From NCBI RefSeq assembly GCF_006345805.1, contig NC_043022.1, positions 3,968,001 through 4,032,000 of the forward strand: 64,000 nucleotides of DNA. The letters run 5' to 3'. This DNA is from Octopus sinensis. Its lineage: Eukaryota. The notes beneath the pieces were generated by a model, which was not told the DNA's origin, ran no database searches, and saw nothing but the letters and a program-made list of their open reading frames with translations. Positions 36,860 through 49,824 of this stretch are shown here, piece after piece; position 1 is the first letter of the stretch; every line of letters starts with the position of its first letter. The translations under genes were made by a program, and so were the position numbers.

Positions 36860-38172
36860 TTCATTACAAAACACGTGGATTCAACTCTTTTGTTATTGAA
36901 GATAAAAAAAAATAAGAAACGATACAAAACCAAAAACGGGACTCAGAAATTAGGGGAAAACGAATTTGGGTACTTTTTATTTTATGAGTGTTGGGTCACG
37001 AGTCTAATATAGTTTTAGGAATGGCCACATGATAAGAAGCTTGCTTCTCAACCATGTAGTTTTGGGTTCAGTCCCATAACGCAGCACCTTGGGTATGTGT
37101 CTTCCACTATAGTTCCGAGCCGACTTTGGTAGACGGAAACTAAGATTAAAATAACAAACAAACAAACCTATCGTGTGTGTGTGTATATATATATATAATA
37201 CTTGGGTTCCATGAGCTAAATTCAAAATTTGATATATATATCAATTTTGAATTTAGCTCATGTACCCCAAGTATTACCTTTGCAGACCACAGGCTGGAAA
37301 CCACTGATGTAGAACGTAAAGAGGTGGAAGAAACACCACCCTAACAATTCTGTAAATCCACTATCGCAATAAATTATTGTTTTTAATTTTAAGTAATGGT
37401 AACTTTGGCATAACGTGTGGTTTCTTCCACTCCGTTGCTTTTCGACGTGGTTCGTTCAAAAGACGTTATGTTGTGATAATGGAAAGAGTTTTGTAGAGAA
37501 CAAGAATGACAACGGAAACAACTCTGGTATAGAAACGATGTTGATTAAAGATGATAGTGTTAATTATCATGATGATAAAAGTCACGTTCTACAGAAACCA
37601 GTAATCATTACAAATATTAATTACTATTATCTAATATTCCGTAATAATTAGCTATGTTATAATATCCAAAAGCGATAAAATTGATGAATATTATTTATTT
37701 CATTAATCTAATTATTTAAATACATTTAATTCTAAATTCAACAAAAAGGAGTTTTTCTTCTCTGTCTTTTTAAACTAAAAAAAAAAATTCAGGAGTTAGT
37801 TTCGTTTCGTTATTTTCTCTCCCGATTTTTAAACAACTTTTTACAAATATTAATGACTATTATCTAATATTCCGTAATAGTTAACTATGTTATAATATCC
37901 AAAAGCGATAAAATTGATGAATATTATTTATTTCATTTATCTAATTATTTAAATACATTTAATTCTAAATTCAACAGAAAGGGGTTTTTCTTCTCTGCCT
38001 TTTTAAACTAAAAAAAAAAAAATTCAGGACCGAGTTTCGTTTCGTTATTTTCTCTCCCGATTTTTAAACAACTTTAGTGATGGCGCTGTAATTGAAAATA
38101 AAGTTGCTGTGAAGTTAACCAACATTAATTATTCTAACATTTGGTCGTGTCTCGACAGGACACGATTGAAGT
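36860..38172. promoter_or_regulatory. Putative bidirectional promoter region between NIF3L1 and MAD2L2
   Basis: The two start codons are divergent and about 1.3 kb apart. Transcription start sites cannot be seen from sequence alone. Confidence 0.55.
37608..38075. repeat. Tandem duplication of about 234 bp
   Basis: Units 37608-37840 and 37841-38075 differ by scattered substitutions. Confidence 0.93.
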
Positions 38173-38215
38173 ATGAGTTCAGAAGCGACTCTAAGTTCCA
38201 CGAGCAAGGTTCAAG
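38173..38215 (+). CDS. MAD2L2: MAD2L2/REV7 coding exon 1 (probable)
   Basis: MSSEATLSSTSKVQ + G|GTATTT donor, phase 1. Joins exon 2 as ...[15 protein letters not shown], which aligns with vertebrate ...GQVVADVLCEFLEV. Confidence 0.72.
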
Positions 38216-39166
38216 GTATTTTTCATTTCCAATTTCCAGTGTATTCTCTCCACATTTACAAAAGTTGTGTCTCTGCATTCATCTCATCTCATCTCCTTAT
38301 TTGATTTCTTTTCGATTCTAGCGATTTATTTCAAAGATTTTAACAATTTATCTTCAGTCAATTCCCACTTTCTTTTAGCTTATACCTCCAATATCCATTT
38401 TTATTTCCAACAATTCTATATTATAGGAAGCAGCTGGGTAATAATTGCCAAACCACGAATCCTATTGTGTTGTACCTGTAAAATGGAGATGGTTCTCTCA
38501 CTATCTTAATTACGTTTTATAATCAATTTCTTGTGAACCTCATTATCATTATCGATATTACTAAAGTGCCGATAAAGAACAGAATGCTTAGATTATTTTA
38601 CACCATATTCATTGCCAAAATTTTATTTTTATTCTTCATTTCTTCCATCATTTGATTCTGTCTTCGCCGGTGGCAAAGGTTGGAGTTGATATTAAATAGA
38701 GAAGCTTTGCACCGGGAGATAATTTGGAAGAAATTCGTCGAAACTACTTCAAATAATGTCATCTTTGATAATTATGCTTCATTCATTGAAGTTAAACTGT
38801 TTTATTTTCAGTCGTAAAGTGAAGAATGTGAAATACGAGTGGAAACCGATTCGACCTGACTTCATTGTTGCATCAAAAGGTCGAAAATCGATCGTATAAA
38901 TTAATATTTTGAGCAACCATTTTCACTGAGGTTTTGGCAGATATCTTATAGCTATTGATTAATAAAATCAACATTACATTTTCTGGCAAATATTTTATTA
39001 TAACTCAAATGGTTTCGTGAAACATGGGTTTTTCCTTTCGCTTCGTTCAGTCGAGCTGGTTGCCAGGGGAGACAACACTCTATGGCACTTCGGGTTTTTC
39101 ATTCGGAAACAAAAATTTACGTAAAATAAGAGAATAGTCGAACATTAATAATAAATAAATAAATAA

Positions 39167-39225
<59 letters not shown>

Positions 39226-39227
39226 GT

Positions 39228-39577
39228 AATTATTTACATTTGACGGACATTTGTCCTCATCTTGTTTGTTGTTAACACAAAGTTTCGGCTGATATACCCT
39301 CCAGCCTTCATCAGGTGTCTTGGGGAAATTTCGAACCTGGATTCTCATTCCTAAGGTATTTTTCGATGTTGTTGTTATTATTATTATTCAGGTCACTGCC
39401 TGGAATCGAACTCGGAATCTTGGGGTTAGTAGTCCGTAGCCAAGAGCGCCGGCTACTAACCCCAAGATTCCGAGTTCGATTCCAGGCAGTGACCTGAATA
39501 ATAACAACAACAACATTGAAAAATACCTTAGGAATGAGAATCCAGGTTCGAAATTTTCCCAAGACACCTGATGAAGG
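39228..39577. mobile_element. Two head-to-head copies of a tRNA-headed, hammerhead-tailed SINE-like element
   Basis: Inverted arms 39305-39432 and 39453-39577. B-box GAGTTCGATTCC in each arm. Confidence 0.78.
39275..39318 (-). ncRNA. Minimal type I hammerhead motif at the 3' end of a tRNA-headed SINE
   Basis: ACAC-CTGATGA-A-GGCTG-GAGGGTATAT-CAGCC-GAAAC-TTT-GTGT. Stems I and II are perfect; the triplet is TTT where GTT would pair. Confidence 0.62.
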
Positions 39578-41534
39578 TGTTCACTTTACGTTCGTAAAAT
39601 CAAAACGTTTTGTTGACAATATTGATAATTTTGATTTTAGTTGTTTTTGCTTTTCCTCAGTTCTTGTTTATTTTTATATCTTTCTGGAGCCCTACTTTCT
39701 AGCTGAGTCTGTTTTATAGAAGGAACCGGTCAGAAATACAGATTTATGAGTGAGATATACAAATAGATAGTTTTATAAGTCGAGTTGATAATGATTTTCT
39801 CCAAAACGAAGCTAGAAATCAGTTATAACAGATAAAGATGAAGACAGGTGACAAGAGGGAGTCAAGTATCAGACAACATTCGCGGATGCATTTAGTTAGG
39901 TCCATTTATTTCTCTTTTTTTAATTTTTTCTACGAATGCAAACGGAGCGATTACCGTACGTCTATGTAATCACTGTATCGACCAGATTTATCGAATGTTG
40001 TTTACCATTACTGGTCACAATGCTCTAGTCCGCTGCAGGGCTACCATTTACAGTTGAGGGGACTGAAACAAAGCATCGGGAAATGAAATGTTTGTTTGGA
40101 GAACACAGCGCACCTCCCGGAGTTGGCAATCGAGCGTTCGGTCTTACGATCACGAAAGCAACACACATACGTGCCCAGAAGCAAAGACAAACAAACAAAG
40201 CAAATCCAGATTAATTCCTTTTGCTTTTAACGGGACCTGAAATTTTCAGTAACGGAAATGTAACGTTTTTATATGTAGCAAATAAATGAGAGGAAGAAAA
40301 TATTTAATTAGCGGTTCGGCAAAAAGAGACCGATAGAAGAAGTACTGGGCTTACAAAAGAATAAGTCCCAGGGTCGATTTGCTCGACTAAAGGCGGTGCT
40401 CCAGCATGGCCACAGTCAAATGACTGAAACAAGTAAAAGAGTAAGAGTATCATTATTTAACATCCTTTTTTCATGCTGACATAGGTTGGATGGTAGGCCA
40501 GAGACCTGCACCTGCCTCCAATTGTCCGATTTGACGTGGTTTCTGTGGCTGGATGCCCTTCCTAACACCAACCACTTTACAGAATGTACTGGGTGCTTTT
40601 TATATTCCACATGCACAGATGCTTTTTTGTGGCACCTGTGTGGTCGCTTTTTACATTGCACCTACACATGGGCTTTTTATGTGGCACCAGTGCCGGTACT
40701 TTTTATGTAGCACCTGTGTGGTCGCTTTTTACCTTGCACCTACACATCGGCTTTTTATGTGGCACCAGTGCCGGTACTTTTTATGTTGCACCAGTGCTGA
40801 TGCTTTTGACTTGGCACCAACACTGGTGCTTCTTTTTTTTTTTTCCTGGCACCAGCATGGGATATGGCCTTTATTTTATCATTTGAGTATAGGATACAAC
40901 TTCTTTGAGTTGTCGTTGCAGACAGATTATTTTCATGTCTGTTATCCAGTTCGCAGGTAGTTAAATTCATCTTTCATTGACTGCTAATATTTTGATTTTA
41001 ATGTTTTTCATGTGTCATTCATAGCATCATATTTTAATTTTAATTGTTATATGTCCCCACATGCGTTGTAGTGTCCCCCTGTATGTAATGCTTTTATGGC
41101 AATTTAAAAGAAATGAAGTAGCTTGCTTACCAACCACATGGTTCCAGGTTCAGTCCCACTGGTGGAGGGAAACTGAAAGAAACCCATTGTATGTATTTAT
41201 ATATATATATATGTGTGTGTGTGTCCCCTAACATCACTTGACAACCGATGCTGGTGTGTTTACGTCCCCGTAACTTAGTGGTTTGGCAAATGAGATCGAT
41301 AGAATAAGTCCTGGGGTCGATTTGCTTGACTAAAGGCGGTGCTCCAGCATGGCCACAGTCAAATGGCTGAAACAAGTAAAAGAAAGAATATGTTGCTTGG
41401 TTGAGTATTTGCATTGTATAGGACTGCTCAACCAGAGCTGAGCCTAAGCTGGAGCAGCACTAACTATTTCCTAGTTTATTCAACTGTTTTATTTGTATTC
41501 TTTTCATAAGTGTTCCTTTATTCTTCAATAACAG

Positions 41535-41653
41535 TAGCTGCAGATATTGTCACAGAGTTCCTGGAAGTTGCCATCCATTGCATTCTTCATCACCGAGATC
41601 TTTACCCTGCAGGAGTGTTTGAGGCACGAAAGAAGTACAATGTCCCCGTGCAG
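41535..41653 (+). CDS. MAD2L2: MAD2L2/REV7 exon 2 (HORMA domain)
   Basis: [43 protein letters not shown] acceptor, GTGAGT donor. Confidence 0.95.
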
Positions 41654-41729
41654 GTGAGTTTATACAATATTGCTGCAACTTTGTACTATATTGTACACAC
41701 CTACATACACACGTATAGGTGTGTGTGTG

Positions 41730-41955
41730 TGAGCTGGTAGAAACGTTAGCATGCTGGGCGAAATTCGTAGCAGTATTTCGTCTGCAGTTACGTTCTGGGT
41801 TCAAATTCCGCCGAGGTCGATTTTGCCTTTCATCCTTTCGGGGTCGATAAATTAAGTACCAGTTACGCACTGGGGTCGATGTAATCGACTTAATCCCTTT
41901 GTCTGTCCTTGTTTGTCCCTTCTATGTTTAGCCTGTTGTGGGTAGTAAAGAAATA
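41730..41955 (+). mobile_element. SINE family C with Deu/Nin-like central domain
   Basis: GGTTCAAATTCC B-box, then GTCGATTTTGCCTTTCATCCTTTCGGGGTCGATAAATTAAGTACCAG. Other copies 650-860, 12635-12770(-), 32270-32830(-), 44975-45365(-), 47905-48120. Domain name from recollection, not from a search. Confidence 0.72.
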
Positions 41956-42295
41956 TATATCATTGTCGTTTAACATCTGCTCTCCATGCTGGCATGGGTT
42001 GGACGGTTTGACTGAGGACTGGCAAGCTGGGAGGCTGCACCAGGCTCCAATCTGATCTGGCAGGGTTTCTACAGCTGGATGCCCTTCCTAACGCCAACCA
42101 CTCCTAGAGTGTAGTGGGTGCTTTTTACATGCCACCAGCACGGGAGCCAGTTAGGCAGCACTGGCATTGGCCATGCTTGAATGGTGCTATTTACGTGCCA
42201 CCAGCATGGGTGCCAGTCAGATGGTACTGGCATCATCCACACTCAAATGGTGCTTTTTACATGCCACTGGTATGGGTGCTGGCCACGCTTGAATG

Positions 42296-42336
<41 letters not shown>

Positions 42337-42533
42337 CGCAGGAGTGGCTGTGTGGTAAGTAGCTTGCTAACCAACCACATGGTTCTGGGTTCAATCCCAC
42401 TGCGTGGCATCTTGGGCAAGTGTCTTCTGCTATAGCCCCGGGCCGTTTTGATGTAAATAATTTTTGGTGTTAACATGGTCCGATTTGAATTTTTTCTTCT
42501 ACGGAAGGAAGAGTTAGCCTTCTTCTATCATAA

Positions 42534-42591
<58 letters not shown>

Positions 42592-42791
42592 CATACATAT
42601 ATATATGATGATATATATATAACGTAAGGTGTATTAGCCATCTGAATGTGGCTAGCCACTGGGGGGGTGGGGTGTTACTGATGCTTTTAGCCCCAGGCGA
42701 TCAATGTCACCAGAAGGACTTTAGACACTATCTCAGTGCCCTTGTGTTATTTGCAAAGGGAGGTCATCCTCCCTCGAAGACCCGAGTACTA

Positions 42792-42836
42792 CATACGGAC
42801 TATAGTTTCAAGGTAATTGCCTCTCGTCAACGGATG
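42792..42836 (-). ncRNA. Type I hammerhead motif (C3U variant)
   Basis: CATCCG-TTGACGA-GAGG-CAATTA-CCTT-GAAAC-TATA-GTC-CGTATG. Palindromic stem III (CTATAG), GUC triplet. Confidence 0.62.
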
Positions 42837-44009
42837 GTAAGCACCGGTCTTCGATGAAGGAGTCCCCTTGCAAATAAATATATAATGTTTTTCACAGCAA
42901 CCACTGTCACTGATTTAGAAAAACTGTCTGAAAACAATAATAAATCTCTGAACGAGATATAAACAGTAACCGCTCGACAACGTAAGGTGTATTAGCCATC
43001 TGAATGTGGCTAGCCACTGGGGGGGGGGTATTACTGTGCTTTTAGCCCCAGGCGATATATTAATACGAAAAAACCCTCCAGGCTACATCCCGAAAATTCA
43101 TTTCTTTGCCGAATTTCTACAATGTTTATGGCGATTCATTTTTATATCTTGATTTTTTATTTTTCATGCAATTTACGCATGCTTGCACGTGTGGTGAACA
43201 CAGTTCACGTCAAACAGCTAACTGAGTAAAGTTCACTATTCAATGCATGGGATAAGGCCTAAACAAACACATTATCGATTTTTTGCACTTGTGAGATGAA
43301 TTTCGGAACAGAAATAGCGCAGTTCAATTTTCATTTGCCTAAACTTTAAGTGACCCTATTTTGGTGGTTCTACGGTTTGTTAGCTAGAAGATGTGCTGGG
43401 AAGTTAAACACACAGATATACAATTTGAGTTTTATACATATCATCATCGTTTAGCGTCCGTTTTCCATGCTAGCATGGGTTGGACGGTTCTACTGGGGTC
43501 TGTGAAGCCAGAAGGCTTCATCAGGCCCAGTCAAATCTGGCAGTGTTTCTATATATATATAATTTCAATCATTAGACTGCAGCCATGCCAGAGCACAGCC
43601 TTGGGGAATTTTTGTTGAACAAATCAACCCCAATACTTATTTTATTTCTCTTAAACCTGGTACTTATTTTAGCAGTTCTTTTGATGAACCACTAAGTTAT
43701 GGGGACATAAACACACCAACACCAATTGTCAAGGAGTGGTGGGAGACAGACAGGCACAAGGACACACACTTGTGTGTGTGTGTGTCATGCTTCTTTCAGT
43801 TTCCATCTACCAAATTCACTCTCAATGGTTTGGTCAGCCCAGGGCTATAATAGAAAGTACTTGCCCAAAGTGCCATGCTGTGGGATTGAACCCGGAACCA
43901 TGTGGTTTGAAATCAAACTTCTTGCCAGACATCCATGCTTGCACCTTCTAAATTTCTACAATTATAATTTTAGTTACAATCTGCATTTCCATGTGACTTT
44001 CTATTTCAG

Positions 44010-44185
44010 ATGTGTCTTCATCCCGATGTCATCCAGTACATTACCAATATTCTTGAAAGTATCAAATTACTGTTGGAAGCACAGGAAGTTAACCGAGTAG
44101 GACTGGTCATTCTTGACTCCAAACAGACCCCGATAGAACGTTTTGTCTTTGAAATTGCTTATCCTTCCCTCTTATCAGGCTTTGG
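44010..44185 (+). CDS. MAD2L2: MAD2L2/REV7 exon 3
   Basis: MCLHPDVIQYITNILESIKLLLEAQEVNRVGLVILDSKQTPIERFVFEIAYPSLLSGF. TTTCAG acceptor, GTAAGT donor. Confidence 0.95.
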
Positions 44186-44384
44186 GTAAGTAGAAATCTT
44201 TTTGGCTGTGAGTGTTTGTTCAGTTGTTCATTTTAACAAGCTTGGGTTAAATGAATATAAAGCTCTTATGCTGGTATCACATAGAAAGCACTTGTTCTGG
44301 TGTCACGTGGAAGGCACTTGTGGCAATACCCTGTAGAAAGCACCCTTCTTGGTTCCACATAAAGGTACCTGCGCCAGTTCCACA

Positions 44385-44730
44385 TGTAAAGGCACCTGTG
44401 TCCATGCTATGTAAAGGCACCTGTTCCCGTACCACATAAAGGCACCTGTGCCTGTGCCACGTAAAGGCACCTGTGCCCGTGCCACGTAAAGGCACCTGTG
44501 CCCGTGCCACGTAAAGGCACCTGTGCCCGTACCACATAAAAGCACCTGTGCCCGTACCACATAAAGGCACCTGTGCCCGTGCCACATAAAGGCACCTGTG
44601 CCCGTGCCACATAAAGGCACCTGTGCCCGTGCCACGTAAAGGCACCTGTGCCCATGCCACGTAAAGGCACCTGTTCCCGTGCCACGTAAAGGCACTTGTG
44701 CCCGTGCCAAGTAAAGGCACCTGTGCCAGT
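44385..44730 (+). repeat. 25-bp minisatellite GCCACRTAAAGGCACCTGTGCCCGT in an RTE-tail variant
   Basis: More than 10 near-identical tandem units, followed by the GTTAGGAAGGGCATC tail motif. Confidence 0.9.
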
Positions 44731-47314
44731 GTCATAAAAGAAGCATCTAGCACACTGTAAAGTAGTTGGTGTTAGGAAGGGCATCTGGCTGTACAAACCA
44801 TGCCACAAGAGACAAATAGAATCTGGTACAATCCTGCCAGCCTTGCCGGCTCCTGTGAAACTGTCCAACCCATGACAGCATGGAATGCAGATATGATGTT
44901 ATTGAGGCATTGTTTTATAGCTGGATGCTGTTCTCATCACCAACCCTTCCTCACTTGATTCCAATTAAGCTAATATTCTTTTCTACTCTAGGCACAAGGC
45001 CTGAGATTTTGGGGGAGGGAGCCCAATCAATTAGATTGACTCCAGTACACAACTGGTACTTATGTTATCGACCCATGAAAGGCAAAGTCGACCTTGTCGG
45101 AATTTCACCTTGGAACATAACGACAGACGAAATATCTATTTCATTACTACCCACAAGGAGCTAAACACAGAGAGGACATACAAGACAAACGGATTAAGTC
45201 GATTATATTGACCCCAGTGTGTAACTGGTACTTATTTAATCGACCCCTGAAAGGATGAAAGGCACAGTCGACCTCAGTGGAATTTGAACACAGAACGTAA
45301 CGACAGACGAAATACCACTAAGCATTTCGCCCAGCGTGCTAACATTTCTGCCAGCTCACTGCCTTCAATTAAGCTAATATTACCCCATGGTCAGACATGT
45401 TTTCACAAAAGACACATACATAAGCATGCACACACACACACCTACATGCACACATCATCATCATCATCATCATCATATTTGTTTTAATGTCCTTTGTCCC
45501 ATTGCTTGCATAAGTCAGATGGAATTCATCGAGGCAGATTTTTCTATGTTAGATGCCCTTGCCATCGCCAACCCTCACTTTTCCCCAAGCACACTAATAT
45601 TTTCCCCATATTCAGACATGTTTTTCCCAGACGATTAGAAACGATCAACACTGCTTGTATGACAGTGGTGCTTGTTTACAACCATCATGTGATGTCCAGA
45701 CACAGATACACACAAACATACAAGGAAACATACACAAACGCTCAAACACACATGTAGACATCATATATTTCTTTCGAATTCATTCACAAGGCCTGGGACT
45801 AGTGCAAGAGACACTTGCTCAAGGTACTGCACAGTGGGACTGAACCCAACACTGTATGGTTCACTAGTGAACCTCTCAACCTCACAGCTATTCCTGCATC
45901 TGTGAATCCAAATAGAGTTGTGTTCTCTTGTATTTTAATTCCTAGGTAATGTGTTCCTGTAGCTAAGAAGAATGGCTACAAAAGTGACACAGCCGACTAT
46001 GATGGTTGCTAGTCAGCTCTTGTGTGTCATAGGGAGAGGAGAGAGAGAGAGCGCCTAGGTTCAAATATGGCTGACTTGTAGCCTGTCAAACCATTGTCCC
46101 TTCTATGTGTGTGTGTGTGTATCATCATCATTTAGCGTCCGTTTTCCATGCTAGCATGGGTTGAATGGTTCAACTGGGGTCTGTGAAGCCGGAAGGCTTC
46201 ATCAGGCCCAGTCAGATCTGGCAGTGTTTCTGTGGCTGGATGCCCTTCCTAACGCCAACCACTCCGTGAGTGTAGTGGGTGCTTTTTTACGTGCCACCCG
46301 CACAGGTGCCAGACAGAGCTGGCAAACGGCCACGAACGGATGGTGCTTTTACGTGCCACCCGCACAGGTGCCAGACAGAGCTGGCAAACGGCCACGAACG
46401 GATGGTGCTTTTATGTGCCACCCGCACGGGGGCCAGGCAAGGCTGGCACATATATGTACATACCTACATATGTATATATATACATGCATATATGGGTACA
46501 GGACATCAAAAAAAAAACATGAACAAAATGAGAAACGAGAACATAAAAAACAAAAACATAGAAAACAACGAGAGAAACAAATAGAGAAACGAGAGAGGCA
46601 ACATAAAGAACATTCCCTTCATCAGTTGTCCCCTGTTTCAGAGTACTCCGCGTTTTGAAGATAAGGACAAGACACAACTTCGTTAAAACAGTCTTTCCCG
46701 CAAAGCAAATTATGGATCTTTTCACTTTGACCGGCAGATTTAAAAAATAATTTCCTTGTAAATAAACACTTTTAAACTTCGAATACTGGTAGAATGTGTT
46801 TATAAAACATCTTTTTCTCTTGGCGTTCTTGCGAAAATTCTGTAAACAGTGACAAACGAAATATACACCGCCGGAACTTCTTGTTGACAAACAGTAGTAG
46901 TAATTGTGTTCACCTCAATAGACGTCATTGATTGGTTGAAATTGCCGAAATACGGGAAATTTAACAACAAATAGCTTACAAACTACAGAATTTTCTCAAG
47001 AACACCAAGAGAAAAAGATGTTTTATGTGACCCATTCTACCAGTATACGAAGTTTAAAAGCGTTTAGTTACAAAAACTTTTAATCTGCCGGTCAAAGTGA
47101 AAAGATCCCAAATTAAATAATATTTGTACATATATGTGTATGTGTGGTGTTTAATATGAATATACATGTGATGTGTGTGCGTGTGTGGCGGTTGACTGAC
47201 AATAACACATTCTAACTTAAAACGCCATACATGCACACAAGTATTCTCTCTCTCTCTCACACACACACAGCAACAAAGTGAAAGTTTTTTCTCCCCTTCA
47301 TAAGTCTGTATATG

Positions 47315-47903
47315 GCTATGGTGTAGCCACACTTGGAATTTGCATCACCAGTCCGGAACCCCTATCTTGCTCAGGACATTGACCTCCAGCAAACTGTTCA
47401 GAGACGTACAACCAAGCGAATACTCTGAATGCCTTGCTACCCTGGGCATGGCTACATTGAAGCTCCAACGTTTGGCAACTGAGTCGGTAAGCAGCCACAA
47501 AATTATTGACCATCGTGCCAACAACCACCTTGAGCACCTTTTTCAGCTCCATGTGTCCAACACATGTGGACATGCCTACAAAGTCAGAAAACAGCACAGC
47601 TCTCATGACTTTCGGAAACATTTCCTCACACTCAGAGTTGCTGAAGCATGGAACAAACTACCTGCATCAGTTGTTGGTTGCTGAGACATTGCATCCTTTA
47701 AAACCGCCATGCTCCCTGAAATTCACCAACACTACACCTGATATCCCTCCTACCTGCTTCATACACATGCACACACATCTATCATGACTCATACACTGTT
47801 CACTTTCCTGACTTTTGTACATAATTCTATGTACTGTACATGCACCTTTGAGGAGTTGTAATGCACCTGAGCACTAGACACAATTTCATTATTATTATTA
47901 TTA
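47315..47903 (+). mobile_element. Older 5'-truncated CR1 copy
   Basis: Diverged match to the CR1 3' end, with (ATT)n tail. Confidence 0.82.
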
Positions 47904-48168
47904 ATGAGGCGATGAGCTGGCAGAATCATTAACATGCTGGGCAAAATGCTTAGCAGTATTTCGTCTGTCATCACATTCTGATGCTGCCAGGGTTGACTTT
48001 GCCTTTCATTTTTCAGGGTTGATAAATGAAGTACCAGTTACATTCTGAGGTCGATGTAATCGACTGATCCCCTCCCCAAAAATGTCAGGCTTTGTGCCTC
48101 TTGTAAAAAGGATTATTATTATTATTATTATTATTCTTATTAAATCTTTCCCTTATACTTTGTTCCAG

Positions 48169-48263
48169 TTGTGATATTCTACTGACTGAGTTGGAGCAAT
48201 CCCTAAGGGCATTCCTGTTGAAGATAAATGTCTGTGATGCACTGCTGAAACCTCTTCCTCAAG
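48169..48263 (+). CDS. MAD2L2: MAD2L2/REV7 exon 4
   Basis: CDILLTELEQSLRAFLLKINVCDALLKPLPQ. TTCCAG acceptor, GTAACC donor. Confidence 0.95.
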
Positions 48264-49216
48264 GTAACCCCCTTTACCGTTCCTCTTCTAATCATCTTCT
48301 AATTCCATCCTCCTTGTGTTGGACAGGTTATAGTTCGGTTTGTGATCAATATTTTATTATTAATAACGATTGTTTTGCTCATCTGGGTCCTTGGCCTCGA
48401 TCTTATTCTTTTACTTGTTTCAGTAATTTATTGTGGCCATGCTGGAGCACTGCCTTGAAACGTTTTGGTTGAACAAATCAACCCCAGGACTTTTTCTTTT
48501 TAAATAGTACTTATTCTGTCAGTCTCTTTTGCTGAACCACTAAGTTACAGGGATGTGAACACACTAACACCAGTTGTCAAGCGATGTTGGGGCGGGGTCA
48601 CAAACACACACACACATGATGGGCTTCTTTCAGTTTCCGTTTACGAAATCCACTCACAAGGCTTTGGTTAGCCCAAGGCTATAGTAGAAGGCATTTGCCT
48701 GAGGTGGCACGCAATAGGACTTAACCCAGGGCCATGTGGTTGGGAAGCAAGCTTCTTACCACACAGCCACACCTGTGCCTTTTTGTTTGATGTATTTAAA
48801 AATGAAAGAAGCTTATTTTATACATCAGTAAATACTGTGTGTGTGTGTGTGAATATATACTCATGTATATATATATTTATACATATATATATATATACAT
48901 ACACACACATACACATACTTGAGGAGGTGCTGGAAAGTTCTTGGCTTTAAGGGTCGTCTGAAAGGCTTGGTTTGATACCCAACCTTCTGAGTTCTTTTCC
49001 AGGGCTTAGTAAAACGGAGGGACTGCTGCAATAAGTGTGTGAATCTGAGAGGAGGGGAATATGTTGAACAAAATCATAATTAACTGATCCTCATCCTGTA
49101 GTTTCTTTTACTCAAAGCCGGGACCTTTTCAGCACACCTTCTGTATGTATATTTGTGCGTGTGTATATATATACATAATGTATACGTAATATATATATAT
49201 ATACATAATGTATACG

Positions 49217-49261
<45 letters not shown>

Positions 49262-49824
49262 ATACTCTTTTACTCTTTTACTTGTTTCAGTCATTTGACT
49301 GCGGCCATGCTGGAGCACCGCCTTTAATCGAGCAATTCGACCCTGGGACTTATTCTTTGTAAGCCCAGTACTTATTCTATCGGTCTCTTTTGCCGAACCG
49401 CTAAGTAACGGGGACGTAAACACACCAGCATCGGTTGTCAAGCAATGCTAGGAGGACAAACACAGACACACAAACACACACACTCATATATATATATATA
49501 CATATATACGACGGGCTTCTTTCAGTTTCCGTCTACCAAATCCACTCACAGAGCTTTGGTCGGCCCGAGGCTATAGTAGAAGACACTTGCCCAAGGTGTC
49601 ACGCAGTGGGACTGAACCCGGAACCATGTGGTTGGTAAACAAGCTACTTACCACACAGCCAATATATATACTTACATAATATATACATAATGTATATATA
49701 TACTTACATAATATATACATAATGTATATATATATATACATACATAATATATACATAATATATATATATATACATACATAATGAATATATATATATGTAC
49801 ATAAACAATGTATGTATATATGTC

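Noticed and set aside
39838-39847. ATGAAGACAG|GTGACA as MAD2L2 exon 1
   Set aside because: Phase-compatible, but the donor is weaker and the match to REV7 N-termini is poorer than for 38173-38215.
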